DNA of 64,000 nt from Ignavibacteriales bacterium. Its GTDB lineage: Bacteria > Bacillota_I > Bacilli_A > RF39 > UBA660. The stretch covers positions 160,010 to 224,009 of the forward strand of contig JBLNAG010000001.1 of NCBI GenBank assembly GCA_050259235.1. Direction: 5' to 3'. Position 1 is the first letter of the stretch. Each line of letters starts with the position of its first letter. Of this stretch, positions 1-9,009 are shown in pieces. The notes beneath the pieces were generated by a model. That model was not told the origin of the DNA and did no database searches. It saw only the letters and a program-made list of their open reading frames with translations. The translations under genes were made by a program, and so were the position numbers.

Positions 1-385
1 TAAATTTTTTATCAACTGTTCTACCATCTAATAAAACAGTTTTATTAATTGATTGATAAAAAAAGAGTGGTTTATTTTCAGTTACATCAATGTGAACCTC
101 TAAAAAATTCTTCTTAGATACATCTACAGAACTTATATAAACATTTTCTAATAATTTCCTTTCAATACTACTTGACCAAACCTTTATAGTTGCTGGGTAA
201 TCACCTATACCTGCTTGATTAATAATATCTTGATCAGTTAAATAGTTATTATTATATATGTATATATTAGTAATACTGGTATTTAAAAGTTTATATAATA
301 ATAAACCTATTAAATATGCAACCAACAAAAAAACTAAAATAACACGATATCTAATTTTAACTTTTTTCTTAACCTTTTTAACCAC
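1..385 (-). CDS. divIB: Cell division protein FtsQ/DivIB, 5' part (runs off window)
   Basis: Read by hand: GTG at 385 after AGGTGA SD; VVKKVKKKVKIRYRVILVFLLVAYLIGLLLY (basic tail + TM) then POTRA-like ITNIYIYNNNYLTDQDII; directly downstream of murG-murB. Confidence 0.8.
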   Translation of the reverse strand, partial: MVKKVKKKVKIRYRVILVFLLVAYLIGLLLYKLLNTSITNIYIYNNNYLTDQDIINQAGIGDYPATIKVWSSSIERKLLENVYISSVDVSKKNFLEVHIDVTENKPLFFYQSINKTVLLDGRTVDKKF

Positions 386-394
386 CTAGATCAC

Positions 395-1291
395 CTATTC
401 AACAAATTCTTGTTCAATTTTTAATTCAATATTATATTTTTCCTTAATTTGTGATTGAATTTCTAAAATTAATGCTTTAATATCATCACCTTTAGCATTG
501 CCATCATTAATAATGAAATTAGCATGTTTTAAACTAACCATAGCGTCCCCTATTTTTTTACCCTTGTATCCAATCTCTTCAATTAATCTACCAGCATAAT
601 CATCTGTAGGATTACGAAAAACACTACCGGCACTAGGATATTCTAATGGTTGACTTTCTAATCTTCTTTTCTTACGATCGGAAATAACTTCTAATATTAA
701 ATCACGATCACCTTTTTTTAATAAGATTGTAACTTCTAAACAAATATATTCTGGATTTTTTTGTAAGAATGATGTTCTATAATGAAAATCCATTTCACTA
801 TTTGTTAAAGTCTTAATTTCATAAGTAGGAGTTAAAACTTTTACTTCTTTTACAACATAACCCATATCACTATTATAAGCACCAGCATTCATAAATACTG
901 CTCCGCCTACTGTACCAGGTATACCTGAAGCAAACTCTAATCCAGCAAGTCCATTTCGTGCTGTTTTCATTGATAATTTAATTAGACTATAACCAGCTCC
1001 GACAATAATCTTATTACCAGTTATTTCTACATTATCAAATTTATCTAATCTTATTAATACACCTTCATATAATGAATCACCAAATACTAAATTAGATCCT
1101 TTACCTATAATCTTATATTTAATATTGTTTTCTCTAACATATTTCAATAGAGTAATTAATTTATCAACATCGTCAGGTATTACTAAACATAAAGCCTTTC
1201 CTCCAGCTTTATAAGTTACATATTCTTTAATATCAATATTTTCTAATACCTTTCCACACTTTAATTTAGTTATGTTGCTTATTATATTCAT
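395..1291 (-). CDS. murB: UDP-N-acetylenolpyruvoylglucosamine reductase
   Basis: IGKGSNL, GLEFASGIPGTVGGAVFMNAGAY, PSAGSVFRNP, KHANFIIN motifs. Confidence 0.97.
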   Translation of the reverse strand: MNIISNITKLKCGKVLENIDIKEYVTYKAGGKALCLVIPDDVDKLITLLKYVRENNIKYKIIGKGSNLVFGDSLYEGVLIRLDKFDNVEITGNKIIVGAGYSLIKLSMKTARNGLAGLEFASGIPGTVGGAVFMNAGAYNSDMGYVVKEVKVLTPTYEIKTLTNSEMDFHYRTSFLQKNPEYICLEVTILLKKGDRDLILEVISDRKKRRLESQPLEYPSAGSVFRNPTDDYAGRLIEEIGYKGKKIGDAMVSLKHANFIINDGNAKGDDIKALILEIQSQIKEKYNIELKIEQEFVE

Positions 1292-1294
1292 GTT

Positions 1295-2377
1295 TTACTT
1301 CCTATCTATTAACTCTCTTATATTTTCATATATAAGAGTGGCACTATTATTAACATTAAGTTTGGATAAACTACTTTTTATTCTCTTTAATTTATTAGGT
1401 TTACTAAATAAATCATCAATTTGTTCAATCAATAATTCTCCTTTTAAATTTTTTTCTTCTAACAAAATACAAGCTTTACTTTCAATTAAATCCATAGCAT
1501 TCTTATATTGATGATTATTAGTAACATTTGGACTAGGAATTAATATAGTTGGTATTTGTAAAGCTATAATTTCGCTAATTGTAGTGGCTCCAGCTCTTGA
1601 AATCATGATGTCTGTTTTTTTCATAACTCTAGCCATATTATCAATGTATGGAACTACTTTTACATTGTTTGGAAACTCATTTTTACTTATTTCAGAATAA
1701 GTATCCTTACCAGTAACAAATAATATTTCATAGTCTTTATTATTAAACAAATGCATTGTTTTAGTTAAAAAAGCATTCATTTTTGATGATCCTAATGATC
1801 CCATAACTATTAATACTAATTTCTTATTTTCTGTTAATCCAAATTCTTTTTTGTCACTTGCTTCTATTTTAATAGCATTTTCACTAGCAGGATTTCCCGT
1901 AAATATTGTTTTATATATAGGAAAATATTTCATAGTTGAATTAAATGAAACTCCTATTAAGTCAGAATATTTAGTTAAAAAAATATTAGCTTTACCAGGT
2001 ATACTGTTTTGTTCATGAATGAAAGTTTTACAATCTAATTTTTTAGCTTCAACAATAACCGGGAAAGTAACATACCCTCCAACCCCAATAACAATATCAG
2101 GTTTAAAGTTTTTAATTAATTTACGACATTTTTTATGACTTTTATATAAACTAATAAGTACCTTGATATTCTTAAAAATATTTTTTCGATTAAAACCATA
2201 TATTTCAATAGCTTCAAAAGGAATGCCAAGTTTAGGTACGATATCTTTTTCCATACGATTATGAGTTCCAATATACAAAAACTCGCTCTTAGGTTCTAAT
2301 TCTTTAATCTTATTTATAATCGCTAAAGCAGGATATATATGTCCTCCTGTACCACCAGCACTTATAATAACTCTCAC
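1295..2377 (-). CDS. murG: Lipid II GlcNAc transferase MurG
   Basis: GGTGGHIYPA, GVGGYV, HEQNSIPG, SRAGATT, NHQYKNA motifs. Confidence 0.97.
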   Translation of the reverse strand: MRVIISAGGTGGHIYPALAIINKIKELEPKSEFLYIGTHNRMEKDIVPKLGIPFEAIEIYGFNRKNIFKNIKVLISLYKSHKKCRKLIKNFKPDIVIGVGGYVTFPVIVEAKKLDCKTFIHEQNSIPGKANIFLTKYSDLIGVSFNSTMKYFPIYKTIFTGNPASENAIKIEASDKKEFGLTENKKLVLIVMGSLGSSKMNAFLTKTMHLFNNKDYEILFVTGKDTYSEISKNEFPNNVKVVPYIDNMARVMKKTDIMISRAGATTISEIIALQIPTILIPSPNVTNNHQYKNAMDLIESKACILLEEKNLKGELLIEQIDDLFSKPNKLKRIKSSLSKLNVNNSATLIYENIRELIDRK

Positions 2378-2492
2378 TTAGATCACATCCTATTTAATAT
2401 TATATCATAATTATATGACTCTCAATTAAGTATATTAGACTTACATTCATTTTATCATATTTAGAGGTCAAAAAAAAGCATAAATATATGCT

Positions 2493-3299
2493 TTATTTTA
2501 TTAACATAAGAATTACAATGATTGCTAAGGCTATTCGATACCACATAAATATTTTAAAGTCATGACTTTTTAGATATTTTAATAAGAAGGCAATACATAA
2601 TAATCCAGCAATGAACGATACCAACACACCTATTAAAAATATTGATAAATTGGCACCAATAATACTTAATGTATTATCTTTAAAAATGGTTAATACTACT
2701 GCTCCTAATACAACAGGTGCTGATAAGTAAAATGAAAATTTAGCAGCATCTTCTCTATTTAATTTCATAATTCTTCCAGTAGCAATTGTTGTGCCACTTC
2801 TTGAAAAACCTGGAATTAGAGCAAATACTTGTGAACATCCAATAATAAGAGCATCTTTAAATGACATTGTTTCTAACGATTTATTATTCTTCATATATTT
2901 ATCAAATAAGTATATAAGAACACCCATTACCATCAATGCTATGGCAATAATTAAATACTCACCTCTAATAACATTTTCAATCATATCTTCAAATAAGACA
3001 CCCACTATAGCTGCTGGAATAGTAGCAACTACTAAAAACCATAGCATTTTTCCTTCTTTATCTTTTACTCCTTTGGTTATTCCTTTAACAAACATATTAA
3101 AGAAATCTTTGAAAAAGTATATAAGTATCGCTAATAAAGTACCAAAGTGTAATGCAATATCAAAAGCAAGCCCAATATTGCTACTAATATCATTACCTAT
3201 ACCAAAAATATCTCTAAAAATAATCAAATGGGCTGATGAAGAGATTGGTAAAAACTCTGCAATCCCTTGAATAATTCCTAAAATAATAACTTCTATCAT
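2493..3299 (-). CDS. uppP: Undecaprenyl-diphosphatase (BacA/UppP)
   Basis: QGIAEFLPISSSAH and PGFSRSGTT motifs, multi-pass membrane protein. Confidence 0.96.
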   Translation of the reverse strand: MIEVIILGIIQGIAEFLPISSSAHLIIFRDIFGIGNDISSNIGLAFDIALHFGTLLAILIYFFKDFFNMFVKGITKGVKDKEGKMLWFLVVATIPAAIVGVLFEDMIENVIRGEYLIIAIALMVMGVLIYLFDKYMKNNKSLETMSFKDALIIGCSQVFALIPGFSRSGTTIATGRIMKLNREDAAKFSFYLSAPVVLGAVVLTIFKDNTLSIIGANLSIFLIGVLVSFIAGLLCIAFLLKYLKSHDFKIFMWYRIALAIIVILMLIK

Positions 3300-3354
3300 G
3301 TCAACTCTCCTCTATTTATACTTAATTATATCATTTAAGATAAGAAAAGAGAAG

Positions 3355-5976
3355 TTAAATATTCTCTTCTCTTATTGCATCAATTATATTTTCTTTCTTC
3401 ATTTTCTTTGTTGCATACATCATTGTCATTAGGACAATTATAAATACTCCAAATATTGAAATAATAATACTATTATATGGAATAATTATACTTTCACGTT
3501 CCATTGTATTGTTCACTGAAAGATAAATTAAATATGTAACTCCTAATGATATAGGCAAAGCATATAGTATTGATTTTAAACCAAAGAAAACACTTTCAAA
3601 ATATAATATTTTATTAAATCCTTTAGGTGTTAACCCCATACTTCTTAACATAGCAAATTCCTTTTTTCTTAGGGCTAAACTAGTATTAATAGTATTAAAT
3701 ACACTAGTAACACCAATCAATGTAACTAAAGAAATAAACCCATATAATAATATCTTAACAACTAAAATAATGTTTCTTTCCATCTTTAACATTTCATTAG
3801 CATTGATGTATTGAGCATCTCCAGTAGTATTTAATTGTTCACCTAATTTATTTAAATTAGTATATTTATCTGCTTCAATAACTATTTGAGTATCCATATA
3901 ATCGTTTTCTGAAAGTATTGGATAATCTTCTATTAATCCATCGTATATATTCTTATTTATAATAATTTTAACACTATTACTAAGTGAATCTTCTAATCCA
4001 TAAGGTATTTTGTCACTTACTATGATATTTTCTAAATTCTTATTACATTCACTATAATATGTTCCTGACACCATAGAATTATTTTCACTATTATTGGATG
4101 GTTCAATATTATCAGTTGATTCTACCTGAGTAACTTTACAAAGTTTAAGATCTAATTTATCTTCTTTTATAATGTTTAAATCATAACTCTTACGAGAATT
4201 ATCTTTATAAGAAATATATTTTTGTTTATTTAAGAAAATAGGTTGTGCTTTATTTAAACCAATTTCTTTTAAATAACTATTATAATTTAAATCATCTAAT
4301 ACGATAAATGTTACATAAGTAAAATTCCAAAGTTCTTTTTTCTTATAGTTTTCTAAAGTAATTAAATCGTCACCTAATACTTCAAGATATCGTTTTTGAT
4401 ATATTTTTTCGCTTAAATGTTCAATTGGAAAATTATATACATTCATTATTGCCTTTTTCTTAACTTCATCTGAAGCAAGAATTTCTTTTACTTTAGAATC
4501 TACTGTTTCATTATGATTAAATACAGAAACATAAACATCATAACTAGCACTTGAATAATAATCATTACTACCAGTTATGCCATAATTAAGTATAGATGAG
4601 AATGAAATAAATAATACAATACTAGTAACTAACGAAATAACCGTAATACGATATTTCTTCTTATTTCTTTTAATATTTTTTAAAGCTATTTCACTTTCAA
4701 CACCAAATATCTTTTTAATTAATTTATTAGTTCTAATCTTCTTTTTATTAATTTTAATATCATCATTTTGTCTGATAGCTTCAATCGGAGTAATTTTACT
4801 AGCTTTTAGAGCTGGTAAAAAGGCTGATATGAGAACTACTAAAATCATAAATAATATTGGAATAATTATAAATACTGGATAAGCGGATAATCGAAGAGGA
4901 GTTTGAAATGCATCCTTTAACAAACTATTAATTATTTCCAAAACTATTCCTATTCCTAAAAAGCCACTTATTATACCCAATGGTATACCAATTAATCCTA
5001 CGATAATAGCTTCAAAGAAAACAGTTTTTCTAATTTGTTTTCGAGTAGCACCAATACTAGAATATAATCCAAAATGTTTTTTTCGTTCCATTACTGATAT
5101 TGCAAAGGAATTATATATAACAACAATACATCCTATAGAAATTAAACCTAAAACAATAGACATAACTCCATACATACTCTTCATAATATTGTCATAATTA
5201 CTTGCTCCATAAGCTGATAACAAACTACTGTTATATTGTACATCCTTTGAATCAATATTTAAGTCTTTAATAATTTTATCAGTCAAATCATATGTTTTTG
5301 CTGGTTTATTAAATCTTATATATAAGTCAATATTTGATGGGATAACATTACTATAAGTAAATATAGTATATCCTGGTGCTGAATAACTTTCAAAATTACT
5401 TCTTTCAACAATACCAACAATATTATATGATTTAGTTTCTTTAATATCTAAATATTCATTTTTTGTCTCATCATATCCTTTAGAGTTATTAGTAATTTCA
5501 CCATCAACAATACGATTACCTATTTCTAAAGTTAATATATCTCCTACTTTATAGTTAGTACCACCATTTTCATTAATATGTTTTGATATAACAACTTCCC
5601 TATCATTTTTTGGAAAAGAACCTTCAATTAGTTTTAATTCATCAAAATATCTTTTACTAACTGAATTAATATAAAGGTATGGTTTATATTCGTTTTCCGA
5701 ATTTTCTAAATAAGCAAATCCTATACCATATTCATAAAAAGTACTTTCTACTTTGTCTAACTTATTAATATTATCATAATCAAAATCTTTTATTAAAACA
5801 TGATAATTCCCACTATATCTTTTAATGTTTTCAATTGCATTATCTCTAATGGTTGAAAATAATAATCCAATTCCAACCATTAAGGCAGTTGAAAGAATAA
5901 CACCTATAATAGTTACAATTGTTCTTTTCTTATTCATTTTTAAATGTTTAATTGTTAACTTATTTAATATATTCAT
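3355..5976 (-). CDS. FtsX/MacB-like ABC transporter permease (two FtsX-type repeats)
   Basis: IYNSFAISVMERKKHFGLYSSIGAT and LRKKEFAMLRSMG motifs, large extracytoplasmic loops; overlaps ABC ATPase stop. Confidence 0.9.
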   Translation of the reverse strand: MNILNKLTIKHLKMNKKRTIVTIIGVILSTALMVGIGLLFSTIRDNAIENIKRYSGNYHVLIKDFDYDNINKLDKVESTFYEYGIGFAYLENSENEYKPYLYINSVSKRYFDELKLIEGSFPKNDREVVISKHINENGGTNYKVGDILTLEIGNRIVDGEITNNSKGYDETKNEYLDIKETKSYNIVGIVERSNFESYSAPGYTIFTYSNVIPSNIDLYIRFNKPAKTYDLTDKIIKDLNIDSKDVQYNSSLLSAYGASNYDNIMKSMYGVMSIVLGLISIGCIVVIYNSFAISVMERKKHFGLYSSIGATRKQIRKTVFFEAIIVGLIGIPLGIISGFLGIGIVLEIINSLLKDAFQTPLRLSAYPVFIIIPILFMILVVLISAFLPALKASKITPIEAIRQNDDIKINKKKIRTNKLIKKIFGVESEIALKNIKRNKKKYRITVISLVTSIVLFISFSSILNYGITGSNDYYSSASYDVYVSVFNHNETVDSKVKEILASDEVKKKAIMNVYNFPIEHLSEKIYQKRYLEVLGDDLITLENYKKKELWNFTYVTFIVLDDLNYNSYLKEIGLNKAQPIFLNKQKYISYKDNSRKSYDLNIIKEDKLDLKLCKVTQVESTDNIEPSNNSENNSMVSGTYYSECNKNLENIIVSDKIPYGLEDSLSNSVKIIINKNIYDGLIEDYPILSENDYMDTQIVIEADKYTNLNKLGEQLNTTGDAQYINANEMLKMERNIILVVKILLYGFISLVTLIGVTSVFNTINTSLALRKKEFAMLRSMGLTPKGFNKILYFESVFFGLKSILYALPISLGVTYLIYLSVNNTMERESIIIPYNSIIISIFGVFIIVLMTMMYATKKMKKENIIDAIREENI

Positions 5977-6653
5977 TTTACCATCTCGTCACTTACTATT
6001 TTACCATCATCGATTGTAATAATTCGGCTAGCATTTCTAGCTAGTTCATGGTTATGGGTAATCATAATAATAGTTTGATTATATTTTTGATTAGATAATT
6101 TTAATAAATCCATAATATCTTTGCTTGCTTTACTATCAAGATTACCTGTTGGTTCGTCGGCCAGTAATAATGCCGGTTTATTCATTAATCCTCTACCAAT
6201 TGATACACGTTGTTGTTGCCCACCAGATAATTCATTAGGTAAATGTTTAATTCTATTTTTTAGATCTAATACATCAATTAGTTCATCTAAATATTCTTCA
6301 TCTACTTTTTTATTATCTAATAATATAGGTAAGGTAATATTTTCAGTAACATTTAAAATAGGAATAAGATTATAAAATTGATAAATTAATCCTACTTGTC
6401 TTCTTCTAAAAATAGCTAAATCATTTTCATTTAACTTATATACATCAATACCATTAACAAATATCTTACCGCTAGTAGGATGGTCAACTCCTCCAAGCAA
6501 ATGTAATAAAGTACTCTTACCACTACCACTTGCTCCAACAATAGCAACAAATTCTCCCTTTTCAACAGTAAAATTTATTTTATCTAAGGCTTTTACTAAA
6601 GTGTTTCCCTTTCCATAAGTTTTAGTCAAATCTTGGACTTTCAATATTTCCAT
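5973..6653 (-). CDS. ABC transporter ATP-binding protein (LolD/MacB type)
   Basis: GASGSGKST, LSGGQQQRV, LLADEPTGNLD; start moved to MEILKV at 6653. Confidence 0.93.
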   Translation of the reverse strand: MEILKVQDLTKTYGKGNTLVKALDKINFTVEKGEFVAIVGASGSGKSTLLHLLGGVDHPTSGKIFVNGIDVYKLNENDLAIFRRRQVGLIYQFYNLIPILNVTENITLPILLDNKKVDEEYLDELIDVLDLKNRIKHLPNELSGGQQQRVSIGRGLMNKPALLLADEPTGNLDSKASKDIMDLLKLSNQKYNQTIIMITHNHELARNASRIITIDDGKIVSDEMVK

Positions 6654-6721
6654 ATAATCACTCTTTCTAAACGTATTCATCAAAATATATGTTTGACATA
6701 ATAAATATTACATTGTTTTTT

Positions 6722-6770
6722 GGTTGCAAACTACCAACTATTAGTTGTATATTATCAACTTACGGTTGCA
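6722..6770. promoter_or_regulatory. Putative operator array: CAAC-N5-GTTG palindromes with 21-bp spacing
   Basis: GTTG at 6723, 6744, 6765; full palindromes CAACTATTAGTTG (6735) and CAACTTACGGTTG (6756) in the divergent ABC/asnB intergenic region. Confidence 0.55.
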
Positions 6771-6923
6771 TTTCTATTTTAACATTTTTCAATTAAAAAT
6801 GCTATATTCATAAATAACAAAAATTACAATCTATATTTAATACTTTACCTAATGAACATAAATTATTTTGGTACCACTTGCATATTTTTACATAAAACAT
6901 ACAATACAAAAGGAGGAGATAAG

Positions 6924-8744
6924 ATGTGTGGTTTTGTTGGTTGGATAAACAATAAAAATAAAATAAGAAACAAAAGAAATACTCTAAAAAAAATGAATGA
7001 AACATTGTCTAAAAGAGGACCTGATAGTACTGGTTATTACTTTTCTAATAATGCATTATTAGGTCATAAAAGATTAGCTATTATTGATATAGAAAATGGT
7101 AAACAGCCAATGCATTTTGATAAATATACCATTATTTATAATGGAGAATTATATAATACTGAAGTTATAAAAAAAGATCTTATTCAAAAAGGATATACGT
7201 TTGATACAACATGTGATACTGAAGTATTACTTAAGGCATATGTCCATTATAAAGAAAAAGTATTAGATATTATTGAAGGCATATTTGCTTTTGCAATATA
7301 CAGTAGCAATGAAGTCTTTATAGCTCGTGATCGTTTAGGAGTTAAACCTCTTTTTTATACTAAAAAAGGGTCTAATTTTATTTTTGCTTCTGAAATAAAA
7401 GCTATATTAAAAAGCGATATTATTAAACCCATTATTAATAAAAAATCTCTATTAGAATTATTTGCATTAGGCCCATCAAAAACGCCTGGTAGTGGTATAT
7501 TTAAAGATATATATGAATTAAAGCCAGGTCACTGTTTAAAATATAGAAAAAATAAAATAAAGATATATCAATATTGGAACATTAAAAATGAAGAGTTTAC
7601 TGATACTTTTGATGAATGTAAAAATAAAATAAGAAACATGTTAGAAGGTGCTATTGAAAGACAAATGATTTCGGATGTACCTATAGCTACTTTACTTAGT
7701 GGTGGATTAGATTCCAGTATCATAACGGCTGTTTGTGCTAAAAAAATGAAAGAAAAAGAGTTATCACTAAGTACCTATTCTATTGACTATGAGGATAATA
7801 AAAAGTACTTTAAAGGAAATGATTATCAGGTAGCAGAAGATAACTATTATATTGATTTAATAAGTAATAAGTATAATACAATTCATAATTATAAAGTTAT
7901 AACTCAGCGTGAATTAGCTGATACATTAAAAGAAGCAATGATTGCAAAAGATTTACCAGGAATGGCTGATATTGATTCATCATTATATTGGTTCAGTGAA
8001 CAAATAAAAAAAGAACACTCAGTTGTATTAAGTGGTGAATGTGCTGATGAAATATTTGGTGGATATCCATGGTTTTATAAAGAAGAACTATTAAAAAGTA
8101 AGCACTTCCCATGGATTAGAAATTTAGATGAACGAAGTAAATTATTAAATAAAGATATTAGAGGGTGTTTAAATTTAGAAAAATATGCATTAAAACAATA
8201 TAACAAAACAATTAAAGAAATTCCTAAAGTAAAAAATAAATTGGAGCAAAAATATCGAAATTTATTTTATATTAATATGAAATGGTTTATGAGTACCCTC
8301 TTAGATAGAAAAGATAGAATGACAATGCGAACATCTTTAGAAGTTAGAGTCCCATTTGCTGATCACAAATTAGTAGAATATTTATGGAATGTTCCTTGGG
8401 AATATAAATACTATCAAAATAGAGAAAAAGGACTATTAAGAGAAGCATTCAAAGATTTATTACCAGAAGAAGTACTATATCGTAAAAAGAATCCCTACCC
8501 TAAAACTCATAATCCAGAATATGCTAGAATGGTAAGTAACTTGCTAAAGAAAAGATTAAAAAATAAAGAATCAGCTATCTATAAAATATTTGATATTGAT
8601 TCAGTAAATAATTTAATTAAAACATATGGTTCAGAATATAAAAGTCCATGGTTTGGGCAATTAATGACTGGCCCTCAATTAATTGCTTATCTATATCAAT
8701 TTGATTTATGGATTGAAGAATATAATATAATACTTAAAATATAA
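6924..8744 (+). CDS. asnB: Asparagine synthetase (glutamine-hydrolysing), AsnO-like
   Basis: True start MCG at 6924 after AGGAGG; RGPD, GHKRLAIID, LSGGLDSS, LSGECADEIFGGYPWF, YPKTHNP. Confidence 0.93.
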   Translation: MCGFVGWINNKNKIRNKRNTLKKMNETLSKRGPDSTGYYFSNNALLGHKRLAIIDIENGKQPMHFDKYTIIYNGELYNTEVIKKDLIQKGYTFDTTCDTEVLLKAYVHYKEKVLDIIEGIFAFAIYSSNEVFIARDRLGVKPLFYTKKGSNFIFASEIKAILKSDIIKPIINKKSLLELFALGPSKTPGSGIFKDIYELKPGHCLKYRKNKIKIYQYWNIKNEEFTDTFDECKNKIRNMLEGAIERQMISDVPIATLLSGGLDSSIITAVCAKKMKEKELSLSTYSIDYEDNKKYFKGNDYQVAEDNYYIDLISNKYNTIHNYKVITQRELADTLKEAMIAKDLPGMADIDSSLYWFSEQIKKEHSVVLSGECADEIFGGYPWFYKEELLKSKHFPWIRNLDERSKLLNKDIRGCLNLEKYALKQYNKTIKEIPKVKNKLEQKYRNLFYINMKWFMSTLLDRKDRMTMRTSLEVRVPFADHKLVEYLWNVPWEYKYYQNREKGLLREAFKDLLPEEVLYRKKNPYPKTHNPEYARMVSNLLKKRLKNKESAIYKIFDIDSVNNLIKTYGSEYKSPWFGQLMTGPQLIAYLYQFDLWIEEYNIILKI

Positions 8745-8773
8745 AGCCAATAACTCATTGGTTTTTTATGCTA

Positions 8774-8802
8774 TTGTCAAAAAACAAATAATATTATATA
8801 AT
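8774..8802 (+). promoter_or_regulatory. SigA-type promoter of glmS leader
   Basis: TTGTCA-N17-TATAAT upstream of ribozyme. Confidence 0.65.
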
Positions 8803-8840
8803 AGAAATAGAAAGTTAATAATTGAAAGGAGTAATTATTA

Positions 8841-8977
8841 ATTAGCGCCAGAACCTTAAATGGTCGACGAGGATAGTAGTTATCGAAAGATTCGGCGGAT
8901 GCTACTAGGGCAGTGTAATCCAAAGATATATTAAAAAAAGTAAAATTAACATTACAACAAAAAATATATCACACACG
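8841..8977 (+). ncRNA. glmS ribozyme (GlcN6P-activated self-cleaving riboswitch)
   Basis: AGCGCCAGAAC...GACGAGG...TATCGA...TCGGCGGATG core, TAGTAG/CTACTA and GATATATT/AATATATC stems, GTGT/ACAC pseudoknot, directly 5' of glmS. Confidence 0.93.
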
Positions 8978-9009
8978 TTTTTTTATAATGGAAAGAGGAG
9001 TAAAAAAAT

